Position numbers and translations under genes: made by a program. Positions 18,875 to 27,592 of a stretch of 41,074 bases of DNA are shown here, one piece after another; within the stretch, counting starts at the first letter, position 1, and each line of letters opens with the position of its first letter. The notes beneath the pieces are model-generated. The model did not search any database. It saw only the letters and a program-made list of their open reading frames with translations, and was not told the DNA's origin. The stretch covers positions 1-41,074 of the IMG/VR virus record IMGVR_UViG_3300011113_000340. One strand, given 5' to 3'. Origin of the DNA: a virus. Taxonomy: Duplodnaviria; Caudoviricetes.

Positions 18875-19888
18875 TTAGTAGGTGCGGATGAGAACGCCGT
18901 TAGCGCGACGCTCGGTGGTCCCGAAAGTGAGGGACGAAGCGAGCGGAACAACGGTGTCCAAAGTGCCTTCGAGCGGCTGGGCGGGGAACGCCTTCATGAA
19001 CTCACCCGAGCAGTACGCGAAGCGCAGGCTGTCGGTGTTGATGAAGTAGGCGCGGTCATCCGCACAATCTGGGTCGAGACGAATCTCCAAGTCTCCAAAC
19101 TTGATGGAGGTGAAGCGCGTCTGGGCAGCGCCGTTCGGGTCGTTGTAGACCGTGCGGGCGATAGCCGAAGCACCGTTGCTGCCGTTGAGCCAGTTCTCGA
19201 ACTCTTCGTACACATCGAAACCGACGATGACCACATTCGGGCGCTTGCGCGACTCCTTGTAGATGTCGTTGGTGACAGTGCGGAAAGCCTGAACAATGTC
19301 AGCGGCCGAGTCAGCGATTTCGAAACGGCTGGAAGCCCAGTAGGACTTGCCTGCGTCGTTCGGGTTGATACCGCCAACTGGAACCCACTGAGCGTTCGAA
19401 GAATCGAAGTACGCATCCGAAGAAGCGTTGCCGAACACCATGTCCAACGGCATGATTTCGCCAGTGTTGAACTGAGCAGTGTTCTTGTGGAGTTCCGCCA
19501 CGATGAAGTCAGCGTGGTCAGCAGCAGCAGCCTTCACATACTCCTCAACGAGGTTCACGATTTGCTCGGGACCAGCGTTCTGGAGAATGTCGCGGTGCTT
19601 GACGCGGAACGGGGTGATGATGGTGTTGGCCCACTCGTAGACAGCCGAACCGAGAATGTCGGTCGAGACCGTCGTAGCGTGCGTGCCAGACGCATCGGTG
19701 TAGCCAGTGGCTGACAGGTTCGCCGCGCGAAGCGGGATGACCAGGCCACGGCCAGTGATGGATTTCGCGGACTTCTTGAAAAGTTCAAGAACTGGACGCT
19801 CCTTGAGAACGTTATCCACGAGTTGCTTTTCATACTTCTGAAGAGTCGAAGTGAAAAGTTGGGTGAAGTTGTTATCACCAAGTGCCAT
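18875..19888 (-). CDS. major capsid protein
   Basis: 337 aa, after scaffold, strong SD and codon bias, STLQKYEKQLVDNV...LDPDCADDRAYFINTDSL...RRANGV. Confidence 0.85.
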   Translation of the reverse strand: MALGDNNFTQLFTSTLQKYEKQLVDNVLKERPVLELFKKSAKSITGRGLVIPLRAANLSATGYTDASGTHATTVSTDILGSAVYEWANTIITPFRVKHRDILQNAGPEQIVNLVEEYVKAAAADHADFIVAELHKNTAQFNTGEIMPLDMVFGNASSDAYFDSSNAQWVPVGGINPNDAGKSYWASSRFEIADSAADIVQAFRTVTNDIYKESRKRPNVVIVGFDVYEEFENWLNGSNGASAIARTVYNDPNGAAQTRFTSIKFGDLEIRLDPDCADDRAYFINTDSLRFAYCSGEFMKAFPAQPLEGTLDTVVPLASSLTFGTTERRANGVLIRTY

Positions 19889-19955
19889 GATAGTTACCTC
19901 CTAAGGTAGTGTTAGATATGGCTTTGATACTGGTCCGACCCTTAGGAGAATCCGG

Positions 19956-20978
19956 TCAGTCGAGGGAGAGTTCCCCCATCGTCTGGCGGATAATTGCCGC
20001 GAGGTCAGAGCCGTCTATAACAGGTTGGGAACCAGAAGCCCCCGCACCTGACCGCCCGACAGCCGAGGCGGCCTTCTTTTGCTTGGTACGCTCCGCCGTC
20101 TTCACAGCAGCAGCCCGCTTCTTCTGAGTCTCCTCATACTTGAGGGCCTTGTAAGCCGCTTCAAGATTCGTCAACTCATTGTCGTAGGCATACTGTGCGA
20201 TACGAGTGCGAAACGCATCACGCTGCACCTGATTAAGTTTCAGCCCCTCGGAAGAAAGAATCCGGTCAATCTGGCTTTCGTACTCTTGCATTGCTTTCTG
20301 TACTTCTGCCTCATAACGGACAACTTCTTCTCGTTCGGCTTCAACTTTCTCAGCCTTTGAAACTTTACGCTTCAGCGTAGACACCTCAGACTCTTTGCTC
20401 CAAGCCTGCTTCACCTCACTGGTGATACCGAACATGTCCAGGAACTCTTGTTCAAGAAGGTTAGCCGAAGCCAACTCCTTAATCAAAAGCGCCACCGCAT
20501 GTGTCGGGTTCTCAGTGTTAGACGCAAAATGCGCCAACACCTGCACAGGATTCTCATCCCATGCCGAGTCGAGTTGCTGAAGTGAACCGATAGCCTCTGA
20601 AAACTCAGAGACGGCCTGTTCAAACTCCTGCTTCTCGTTTGCGAGTGCTTGAGCCTTACGGGTGTAGTCCGCTTGACGCTGATATCCGGCAAGGGCTTCT
20701 TTGAGGGAAACCTCAACTTCCTCACCATCAATCTTCACTTGGTATGTTTCCTCCAAGCGTGGGTCCTCTTCTGCTACCTCCTCATCAGCGTCCCCTTCGG
20801 GTTGTGCTGATTCTTCGGCCTCTTCATCGACAAGACCTGCAATCAGGTCATCGACAGTGGCTTCAGTGTTATCCACCTCCTCCACAGGGTCTTGGTTGAC
20901 CGGAGCCTCTGGGGCTTCTTTCGGTTCCACCGCTGCAAGTGATTCTTGGATAATGTCCGTAAGCGTTTGATTTTCCAT
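19956..20978 (-). CDS. capsid scaffolding protein
   Basis: Acidic N-terminus, VKIDGEEVEVSLKEALAGYQRQADYTRKAQALA scaffold motif, coiled coil. Confidence 0.85.
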   Translation of the reverse strand: MENQTLTDIIQESLAAVEPKEAPEAPVNQDPVEEVDNTEATVDDLIAGLVDEEAEESAQPEGDADEEVAEEDPRLEETYQVKIDGEEVEVSLKEALAGYQRQADYTRKAQALANEKQEFEQAVSEFSEAIGSLQQLDSAWDENPVQVLAHFASNTENPTHAVALLIKELASANLLEQEFLDMFGITSEVKQAWSKESEVSTLKRKVSKAEKVEAEREEVVRYEAEVQKAMQEYESQIDRILSSEGLKLNQVQRDAFRTRIAQYAYDNELTNLEAAYKALKYEETQKKRAAAVKTAERTKQKKAASAVGRSGAGASGSQPVIDGSDLAAIIRQTMGELSLD

Positions 20979-21067
20979 GTTTTCCTCCAGTATCGAGTTC
21001 CATACCCAGGTGTCCCAAAGGGGTCTGGTTAGGAGTGTTCGCGGGTTACGGGAATATAACCCTCATA

Positions 21068-21099
21068 TATAGCCGCGAGTGGGGAAAAAAATTCCCCAC
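21068..21099 (-). promoter_or_regulatory. late motif copy with palindromic extension GTGGGGAA-N5-TTCCCCAC
   Basis: Upstream of the scaffold/capsid genes. Confidence 0.75.
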
Positions 21100-21100
21100 C

Positions 21101-21586
21101 CTATCGGCGGTACAGTTTCTTAGCCGCATTAGCGGCCTGTTCCAGGGTTCCTGTCCAGCGGGGCAGCAGGGAGAGGAAGGTCTCGCGTTGGGCATCAGTC
21201 ATGGGGCTCATTATCTTCGACAGATTAGCGCCAGACAGTTCTGGTACCTCGCCAATGTAGTCACCCCGCATATCAACGGCTCGAACAATCTTACCAGTAA
21301 ATCTCCTGGGAACCCCAGCGTCCTCCAGTTCCTTGAACTGCTTCATAAAGTGTTCCACTTCCACCTCGTCCGTCACCAAAAATCTGTTTTTACGCAGTTG
21401 ACGAAGACCCCTTCTGTAAGCAGCCTGCATGGAGTTGTACTTCTTTACATTGTTCGGCGAGTTTTGCGCGCTCAACAGCCTTTGAAAGAACTCCCCGCCA
21501 GTAATCTCCCCAGGCTTCCCGCCCTTCCAGCCCCAATCATCGGCTACTTTGGCAAGGGCTTTGATGGCATCGTCGCGCGCGCTCAT
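21101..21586 (-). CDS. hypothetical protein
   Basis: 161 aa, ATGA-coupled; C-terminal FLSLLPRWTGTLEQAANAAKKL. Confidence 0.75.
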   Translation of the reverse strand: MSARDDAIKALAKVADDWGWKGGKPGEITGGEFFQRLLSAQNSPNNVKKYNSMQAAYRRGLRQLRKNRFLVTDEVEVEHFMKQFKELEDAGVPRRFTGKIVRAVDMRGDYIGEVPELSGANLSKIMSPMTDAQRETFLSLLPRWTGTLEQAANAAKKLYRR

Positions 21587-22098
21587 TGTGCACCACCAAA
21601 TAGGTTAACCAAAGCCTCTATGATTGCCGCGTTTGTTCTATTTTCAACAGCCTCATCTCTGCGTACGGTTCTATGTTTTCCACCACTTAGAACTGCAGTA
21701 GAGTCGGCTCTTTCCGCAGCCCGTCTGAACTCGTCAGCAGCCCTAAGGTCGTAGTTTGCTTGACCAGGGAGAAAGTCAATCCAGTAGTTAACAGACTTTG
21801 GAATATAGCGTTCTGTCATTCTTATATCACTCCAAGGTGCCCCACGCATCAACCCTAGTTTGGCTGCTTTTTCTTCACTATACGGTATTCTGCTGTGTTT
21901 AATTCTTCTTTGAACGGCCTCTCCCTCTAAGGACTTGACAAGCCTTTGAAACTCAGACACTACCTCTTCTGGAGCAGAAGTCCCCTGTGTTGCACGATAA
22001 CCCGACTTGAACAGTTTTACACCGTTTGGCTCAAAAGCCTTGCCAGAACGCAAAAGGTCTAATGCAAACTTAGACGCAGTACCAGACAGCAGCGCCAT
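21583..22098 (-). CDS. hypothetical protein, paralog of 795..1298
   Basis: Start MALLSG at 22098 (GAGGA SD); 171 aa. Confidence 0.8.
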   Translation of the reverse strand: MALLSGTASKFALDLLRSGKAFEPNGVKLFKSGYRATQGTSAPEEVVSEFQRLVKSLEGEAVQRRIKHSRIPYSEEKAAKLGLMRGAPWSDIRMTERYIPKSVNYWIDFLPGQANYDLRAADEFRRAAERADSTAVLSGGKHRTVRRDEAVENRTNAAIIEALVNLFGGAQ

Positions 22099-22100
22099 GG

Positions 22101-22259
22101 TCAGTCCTCGTCTTCGTACTCTTCGTCTTCTTCGTAGTCTTCCTCGCCCATCATCCACTCATGCCCACACTTGGGGCACTTGGCCATGTGCGCCTCGACC
22201 TCTTTGCCATCACCTTTTGCCATTGCTTTGATGGCTTCCATCTTCATGGTCTTATCCAT
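22101..22259 (-). CDS. 52-aa protein with CPKCGHEW knuckle and acidic tail (below the ORF-track cutoff)
   Basis: MDKTMKMEAIKAMAKGDGKEVEAHMAKCPKCGHEWMMGEEDYEEDEEYEDED; fills the gap after the portal; GGAGG SD. Confidence 0.75.
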   Translation of the reverse strand: MDKTMKMEAIKAMAKGDGKEVEAHMAKCPKCGHEWMMGEEDYEEDEEYEDED

Positions 22260-22260
22260 A

Positions 22261-24246
22261 TTAAATCATTGCCTCCCCCATACCTGCGGCTGGAACGGGC
22301 GAACCGCCGAGGTTGGCCAAATCTTGCATCATCGGACTGTTCATCTCAGGGGACACAGGGCCACCCATCGGCATACCGCCCTGCTGGGCGAGCATCGCCA
22401 TCAACTCAGGTGGAAGGCCACCAGACGCGTCCAGAGGCCCCATAGCGGGCGCAGGGGCACCCATAGCACCCTCAGGGCCCATAGGCATCCCTGGGGCCAT
22501 AGGAGCAGGCTCAGGGCGAACCAGCAGATGGTCAGGGTTCAAACCCATGTACTGCAACGAGGTACGCAACGCAGGCTCAGGGTTATACCCAAGTTGTGCC
22601 AACGCCGGAACCACCATGTTCAACATCTCCATACCTTGACGGGCACGGCTCGCTGGGTTGATGGCTTGCGTAGAACCACCCTCAGCCTCGATAGAGAACT
22701 CACCATCAATGTCATCAGGCGACACCTCCAACCAGAGCGGAGCCTGCGGACCAGCGATACGGATAGCCTTATCCTCGGCCATGAACTGCTGGCAGAGAGC
22801 CAACATGCGAGTACCAATCTCGCGTGCAGCCTTCTCCACATTCGTCATCTTATCCATCGCACGGGTTGTCGTCGCACCCTCAAGGGCAGCAGCAGCCGTA
22901 GCAGGAACACGGGAAGCAGACTGGAGCGAACCAGCCTGCAAATCAGTGATACCCAAAATACGCTGCATATACCCTTGCAACTTCTCTTCCATGATGTAGT
23001 TGTCAGCAGGGGTCGAGAGACGCTGCACAGGGGTGAGCACCTCATTCATATTCACATTGTTAGGCAAGTCAACTGGAATTACCTGGTCAGGTCGGTTCTC
23101 CTGCAGAGCCTTAGACAACTCGGGTGTCAACACCTTCTTGTTCACAAAGTACTTGTTGCCTACACGCTTCAGGTCGTTGATTTCAGCAACCATGATTTCG
23201 TTCACCATCAACTGGATGCCAGCGACATTCTCCACATCACCGAACGACCAGCAGGTCGACCCGCCGTCAGAGAAGTTGCGCATATGCACAAACGGCGAGT
23301 AGCGATGCGCATACGGCAGTTCACCTTCATAGAGGGCTTCTTCAGCATCCAACTGGAATACACACAAGTAGCGGTCCCGCATGTCATAAAACTCGTACAC
23401 TGTGCCATACAAGAACGCCTCGGGCAAAGCCTCAGAACGCATCTCATAGTGGTCCATAGTGGCGCGGTCAGCGTACCCTGTGTCTGCTTTCAAATTCTCA
23501 ACCGCAGACTTTTTGAACATCGGGTTCGCCTTCAACTCCTCAAGCGGAAGCCGGATACGCTGGCACACCCAGCGGGCGTTGTTCAAACGGCGAGCATCGG
23601 CAGGGAGAAATATGTCATACGGCGACACATACTCCACATACGGCTCATCTTGCTCAACCAACTGCTCAGTCAAAGCGACAGCATCAAGAATCTCAGCCAC
23701 CACCGTAGCGTCAACAACGAGGCCAACCTCTTGCGCTGCGAGCGTCGCCTCAGCCACCATGTCCTGCGCATCGAGCACCACATCTTCAGAGGCTCGGTCA
23801 ACAGTCTTCTCCGTGTACGCCCAACCAACTTTAGCAAAACCGTTGCCAATGATAACCATGTCTTGGGTTACATCTCGCAACACGGCAGTCGCATCAGCGC
23901 GTCGCCAGTAGTAGTCGAGAACGGCCTTGGCCACAGAACCGTTGCGCTCCACAACCGTCGGGTCTCCATCAGTTGGAGTCACCACAAACTTCGGGTCGCG
24001 AGCAGCAATCGAATTGATAAGCAAAGTCAGGTGCGGCAGCAGCATGTTCACCGTCCGCAAGAACGAACCAGGCACAGGGAACGGCAAGATACGGTTCAAA
24101 TCAATTTGTGTCAACTCACGCTGGGCACCAGTACGAAACAGGGCCTCCAGCATTCGCCAATGCTCGTGCACAGGGTCCATGCGCCGAATAGCGTCGCGCA
24201 CCGCAGCCTGCTTATCTTTCAATGTGTATGGTTTTCTTTTAGCCAC
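22261..24246 (-). CDS. portal protein (P22-like) with Pro/Met/Gly-rich C-terminal tail
   Basis: 661 aa after terL; DMVIIGNGFAKVGW, PYVEYVSPYDIFLPADA. Confidence 0.88.
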   Translation of the reverse strand: MAKRKPYTLKDKQAAVRDAIRRMDPVHEHWRMLEALFRTGAQRELTQIDLNRILPFPVPGSFLRTVNMLLPHLTLLINSIAARDPKFVVTPTDGDPTVVERNGSVAKAVLDYYWRRADATAVLRDVTQDMVIIGNGFAKVGWAYTEKTVDRASEDVVLDAQDMVAEATLAAQEVGLVVDATVVAEILDAVALTEQLVEQDEPYVEYVSPYDIFLPADARRLNNARWVCQRIRLPLEELKANPMFKKSAVENLKADTGYADRATMDHYEMRSEALPEAFLYGTVYEFYDMRDRYLCVFQLDAEEALYEGELPYAHRYSPFVHMRNFSDGGSTCWSFGDVENVAGIQLMVNEIMVAEINDLKRVGNKYFVNKKVLTPELSKALQENRPDQVIPVDLPNNVNMNEVLTPVQRLSTPADNYIMEEKLQGYMQRILGITDLQAGSLQSASRVPATAAAALEGATTTRAMDKMTNVEKAAREIGTRMLALCQQFMAEDKAIRIAGPQAPLWLEVSPDDIDGEFSIEAEGGSTQAINPASRARQGMEMLNMVVPALAQLGYNPEPALRTSLQYMGLNPDHLLVRPEPAPMAPGMPMGPEGAMGAPAPAMGPLDASGGLPPELMAMLAQQGGMPMGGPVSPEMNSPMMQDLANLGGSPVPAAGMGEAMI

Positions 24247-26026
24247 GATAACCTCTTGGTGTCTGAATCAACTCGGCTGCCATAACGAATGACTCCATCG
24301 CCTGGCGTTGCTGCTCTTCCGCCTCAACCATCATCGCCTCTCGTGCCTCGCGGAACTTGGCGATGTTGATAGTATCTTTCGGCTTCCAAACAACATCCTC
24401 AATAATAGCCTCCTCTGGGGAGGCCTCAGAGTATTCCTCTATAAGAACCCACAAACCGATAGCAAGCGACATAACCAAGTCGTCGTGGCAGCCTACATCC
24501 GCCGCATAGCGAATATTACCGTTCGCAGTCTCCTGCGCCACAAACTGACCCAACTCGACACGCAACGCAGGGTGAATACCTTGCAAAATTGTAGCCCCAT
24601 CGTTCACCACCAGATACTTGGCAAGGCGGTCAATCACCGCCCTACGGCGGTCCACCGTCATCGGGAAGGCAAACAGGCGGCTCCCGCGAGACTTGCGCTG
24701 CCCCGCCGCCGTATGCACATACGGGTTCGGGTAGTCAAGATGTTTATGCAACTCGTTGATAGGGAGCGCGCCTTGACCACCTTGGTCTTCCACCGCCAAC
24801 TTGGCTGCCCACTCACGGCCTGAGAAAAATCGTCCCAACCTATCCAACGCCGCCGCAAACTCGGTAGGGTGGACAATGTTTGTGTGATAATAGCCGACAA
24901 CCTCAGGCACACCATCGTCATCCAGCGTCAACACATGCGCAGTAGCGTAGTCGTTGCCCACACCTTGGGAAGGGTCTGCACCAATCACATAGAAACCTTT
25001 AGGGTCAGGGTCCAAGGTTGCCAGATGCAACGGCCCTGAAGGGTCAGGTTCGAACACAAGTTCACTATCGTTCCGCCAAGCAATGTCCCCGCGAAATGGA
25101 AACGCCACAAACTCGCTTTCTGGGGGCAAACCAACAAACCGAGGGCGACCAGATTCGCGAAACGCCTCCTCCTCATTGTCCGGATACTCCTGAAAAAACC
25201 GCCAAGGCTGGTCCGCGAACTCGCGGCGCTTCAAATCGTAGCGTGAACGACACGGAGTCTTCCCATTCGACACACCACCACACCAACCACAATGCTGACC
25301 GCAGCGCATAAACGGCGAAACCGACCACGGCTGGAAAAACGGGATGAACTGGCTCTCCCGTTTCTGAGCAGAACGGTAAGTTTTAGCAAAACGGTTATAC
25401 GCACCGCGCGCCGTAGACACAATCAGGAACGAACCGCCAGCGTCCGTCGTCGGAAGCAGCGTGCGAAGCACATCTTCTTGCAAACTGGCAGGCTCCACGA
25501 GCGCAGCCTCATCCCACAACACAAAAGTTGCGGTCTCACCAGCAAACACACCGTTCGTCGCAGGGCTGGCCTTCAAATTGGACACCATCCCATCGTTAAA
25601 CTCGAACGAAATACCTGTAGACGAATCGTTTTTGATGTTCGGACCGCGCTCTTTCATCCACTGCGGCAAAAACTGGTACGCCAGACGAGCCTGCGCCAGG
25701 TTCTTATTCGAAGATTTCTGGGTTTCAGACACAATCAGCACCGTAGCACCAGGCCGGAACAACGCCAACCACAAAGAATGGGCCATACCGAGCGTCGTAA
25801 ACCCAATTTGGCGCGCCTTGAGGGCGATAACAAAACGATTAGACTTCATCAACCCCAACAAGTCAGCCTGATAGTCAAACAAATGGAACTTCGTACGGCC
25901 ACGGGCATCCTCCATCGAAGGAATCCACACATAGTTGTTAATAAAATAGCCTTCATCGGTGGCACAACGCCGCCACTCAAGTTCCACCCACAACTTGTTC
26001 AACTCTTTAGAACGCTTATCAGTCAT
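24239..26026 (-). CDS. terL: terminase large subunit
   Basis: LKARQIGFTT (Walker A), VLWDEAA (Walker B), STARG coupling motif, IGADPSQG and HDDLVMS nuclease motifs. Confidence 0.95.
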   Translation of the reverse strand: MTDKRSKELNKLWVELEWRRCATDEGYFINNYVWIPSMEDARGRTKFHLFDYQADLLGLMKSNRFVIALKARQIGFTTLGMAHSLWLALFRPGATVLIVSETQKSSNKNLAQARLAYQFLPQWMKERGPNIKNDSSTGISFEFNDGMVSNLKASPATNGVFAGETATFVLWDEAALVEPASLQEDVLRTLLPTTDAGGSFLIVSTARGAYNRFAKTYRSAQKRESQFIPFFQPWSVSPFMRCGQHCGWCGGVSNGKTPCRSRYDLKRREFADQPWRFFQEYPDNEEEAFRESGRPRFVGLPPESEFVAFPFRGDIAWRNDSELVFEPDPSGPLHLATLDPDPKGFYVIGADPSQGVGNDYATAHVLTLDDDGVPEVVGYYHTNIVHPTEFAAALDRLGRFFSGREWAAKLAVEDQGGQGALPINELHKHLDYPNPYVHTAAGQRKSRGSRLFAFPMTVDRRRAVIDRLAKYLVVNDGATILQGIHPALRVELGQFVAQETANGNIRYAADVGCHDDLVMSLAIGLWVLIEEYSEASPEEAIIEDVVWKPKDTINIAKFREAREAMMVEAEEQQRQAMESFVMAAELIQTPRGYRG

Positions 26027-26249
26027 TCGGAATCACCTTCGCCTTATAAGCAGACGGCCAAAACCCGTTATGCCACACCACAGCCACACCTTTAGACAAC
26101 TTATAGCATCGACCACCACACCAACACACCACAGGGGCTTCCCCGTCATCCGCCTCATCCTCCAACCGGACAGACCCGTACCAGTACTCCAGGTGTTTAT
26201 CCTGCCCATCGCCAGGGTCCTCGTTGAAAGCGTGCAAAACTATCATCAC
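26019..26249 (-). CDS. small hypothetical protein between terS and terL
   Basis: Overlaps the terS stop (GTGA) and the terL start; C/H-containing C-terminal half. Confidence 0.55.
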   Translation of the reverse strand: MMIVLHAFNEDPGDGQDKHLEYWYGSVRLEDEADDGEAPVVCWCGGRCYKLSKGVAVVWHNGFWPSAYKAKVIPND

Positions 26250-26722
26250 GGACCCTCGCATGACCACCCCAATGCACGCAACTTCTCAGCCACCAACTCG
26301 GGGCCGACCGCCACCAACGCCTTAGCCACCAAATCCTCAAGGTCCAACCCTGTCAAATCCGACGACCGCGAAGCAGCCTCCTCCTCCACAAACGGTTTAC
26401 CGTAAGTTTTGAAATACAAATCAAGATACTTAGGGTTCCCATTCTTCGCGCCCTCCACAAGGGCAGCCTTCACAATTTGATAGTCAGACTCATCCGCCCC
26501 AAGCGGCTCATCAGGCTCAGGTTTAGCGACAACCTTCGAAGCCTCCAAAATCTGTTTACGCTCCTGAAACTCAGGCAGCGTCTTCCAACGGCGAAGCGTC
26601 CGCGTCGACACCCCATACTTCGCAGCCCAAGCAGTCTCCGAATTAATGCTCCCGCGCTCTTGAGGAGATTTGAGGGACCACAAAATATATGCGTCCCACA
26701 GTTCGGCTTGATTCTTAGACAT
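26246..26722 (-). CDS. terS: terminase small subunit (HTH)
   Basis: TAWAAKYGVSTRTLRRWK HTH; GGAGG SD before ATG at 26722; upstream of terL. Confidence 0.75.
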   Translation of the reverse strand: MSKNQAELWDAYILWSLKSPQERGSINSETAWAAKYGVSTRTLRRWKTLPEFQERKQILEASKVVAKPEPDEPLGADESDYQIVKAALVEGAKNGNPKYLDLYFKTYGKPFVEEEAASRSSDLTGLDLEDLVAKALVAVGPELVAEKLRALGWSCEGP

Positions 26723-26825
26723 AGCACCTCCCAAAAAGAGAAGGTATACAGCACACGGGTAGCCGAGAGCAATACACCACGATGCTCACCATTGGGGGTG
26801 ACACACCGCACCCAATGGACGAAAC

Positions 26826-26894
26826 TCCGGTAACCTGTAACCGGACTCCGTATCGGCCCCCTTAGGGGCCGATTCCGGTTACCGGTAACCGGAC
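26826..26894. repeat. GGTTACC/GGTAACC-rich palindromic element with GGCCCC-N4-GGGGCC hairpin (copy A)
   Basis: Diverged inverted homolog at 31316-31373. Confidence 0.75.
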
Positions 26895-26914
26895 CCCGTT
26901 CCCTGGGCTTTATA

Positions 26915-26946
26915 TAAAGCCGCGAGTGGGGAATTTTTTTCCCCAC
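26915..26946 (-). promoter_or_regulatory. late motif copy with palindromic extension, heading the terminase operon
   Basis: TCCCCAC-TCG-CGGCTTTA; GTGGGGAA-TTTTT-TTCCCCAC. Confidence 0.75.
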
Positions 26947-26967
26947 TTTACGCCAAAATAGAAAAAA

Positions 26968-27004
26968 TGTGACCAAAGTCACATAGAGTGTGACCAAAGA
27001 CACA
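26968..27004. promoter_or_regulatory. tandem CRP/GlxR-type boxes (TGTGA-CCAAAG-TCACA and TGTGA-CCAAAG-ACACA), 21-bp period
   Basis: Perfect and 1-mismatch TGTGA-N6-TCACA. Confidence 0.7.
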
Positions 27005-27342
27005 CTGGAACCCTGAGGGTAGACAGCAAACCATCATCGACCATAGTGCCAAAAACAGGCTCACAGGGGTCAAAACGGGACTAGTCCGATGGTCGGCCAA
27101 CCAGCCCCCCGTGGCCGCAGTACACCCCCACCAATGACCGCCGAATGTCCCCCCTATCCGAAGGCAAATTTCCGCCCCCAAAAATGGACAAAAAATATCG
27201 CTCAGCCAGTATATATATCTGCGCGCGCCGCGCAGGGGGGAGCCACCCCACCCCCTCCCCCTTGTTGCCTGTTGCCTTGTTGCCTGTGTCGGGTCGGGTC
27301 CGGCGGGCGGGGGGCCGGAGGCGGGGGGCAGGGGGGCCGGAG

Positions 27343-27381
27343 ATAGGACTAATGTTCCTATGATAGGACTATTATTCCTGT
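27343..27381. promoter_or_regulatory. tandem palindromes TAGGA-N7-TCCT(A/G), 20-bp period; regulator unassigned
   Basis: ATAGGACTAATGTTCCTAT and ATAGGACTATTATTCCTGT. Confidence 0.5.
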
Positions 27382-27393
27382 ACGCGGGGGGCC

Positions 27394-27474
27394 TGCATAA
27401 CTATGCAGCCGGATGCATGAATATGCAGAGACGGGGGCGGTGAATAAGTATGCAGGGTCGTGTATGTTTATGCA
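27394..27474. promoter_or_regulatory. four ARG-box-like palindromes TGCAT-N4-ATGCA, as two tandem pairs with 20-bp period
   Basis: TGCATAACTATGCA 27394, TGCATGAATATGCA 27414, TGAATAAGTATGCA 27441, TGTATGTTTATGCA 27461. Confidence 0.7.
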
Positions 27475-27517
27475 TTCTCCATACACGGGCCTTCACGGGA
27501 CACGGGGCAACCTTCTT

Positions 27518-27546
27518 ACTGTCCGGAGTAAACTGTTCCCTGTCAA
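27518..27546 (-). promoter_or_regulatory. leftward early-type promoter TTGACA-N17-GACAGT
   Basis: Same architecture as the rightward copies; CRP-type box 10 bp upstream. Confidence 0.65.
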
Positions 27547-27556
27547 GTAGGTTGGG

Positions 27557-27572
27557 TGTGAAAAATGTCACA
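27557..27572. promoter_or_regulatory. perfect CRP/GlxR-type box between divergent promoters
   Basis: TGTGA-AAAATG-TCACA, flanked by the 12-bp inverted repeat TGTCAAGTAGGT/ACCTACTTGACA. Confidence 0.7.
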
Positions 27573-27592
27573 CAAAAATGTTGGCGACCTAC

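Noticed and set aside
22171-24285. 704-aa plus-strand ORF
   Set aside because: Antisense shadow of the portal gene caused by codon bias; no motifs or SD
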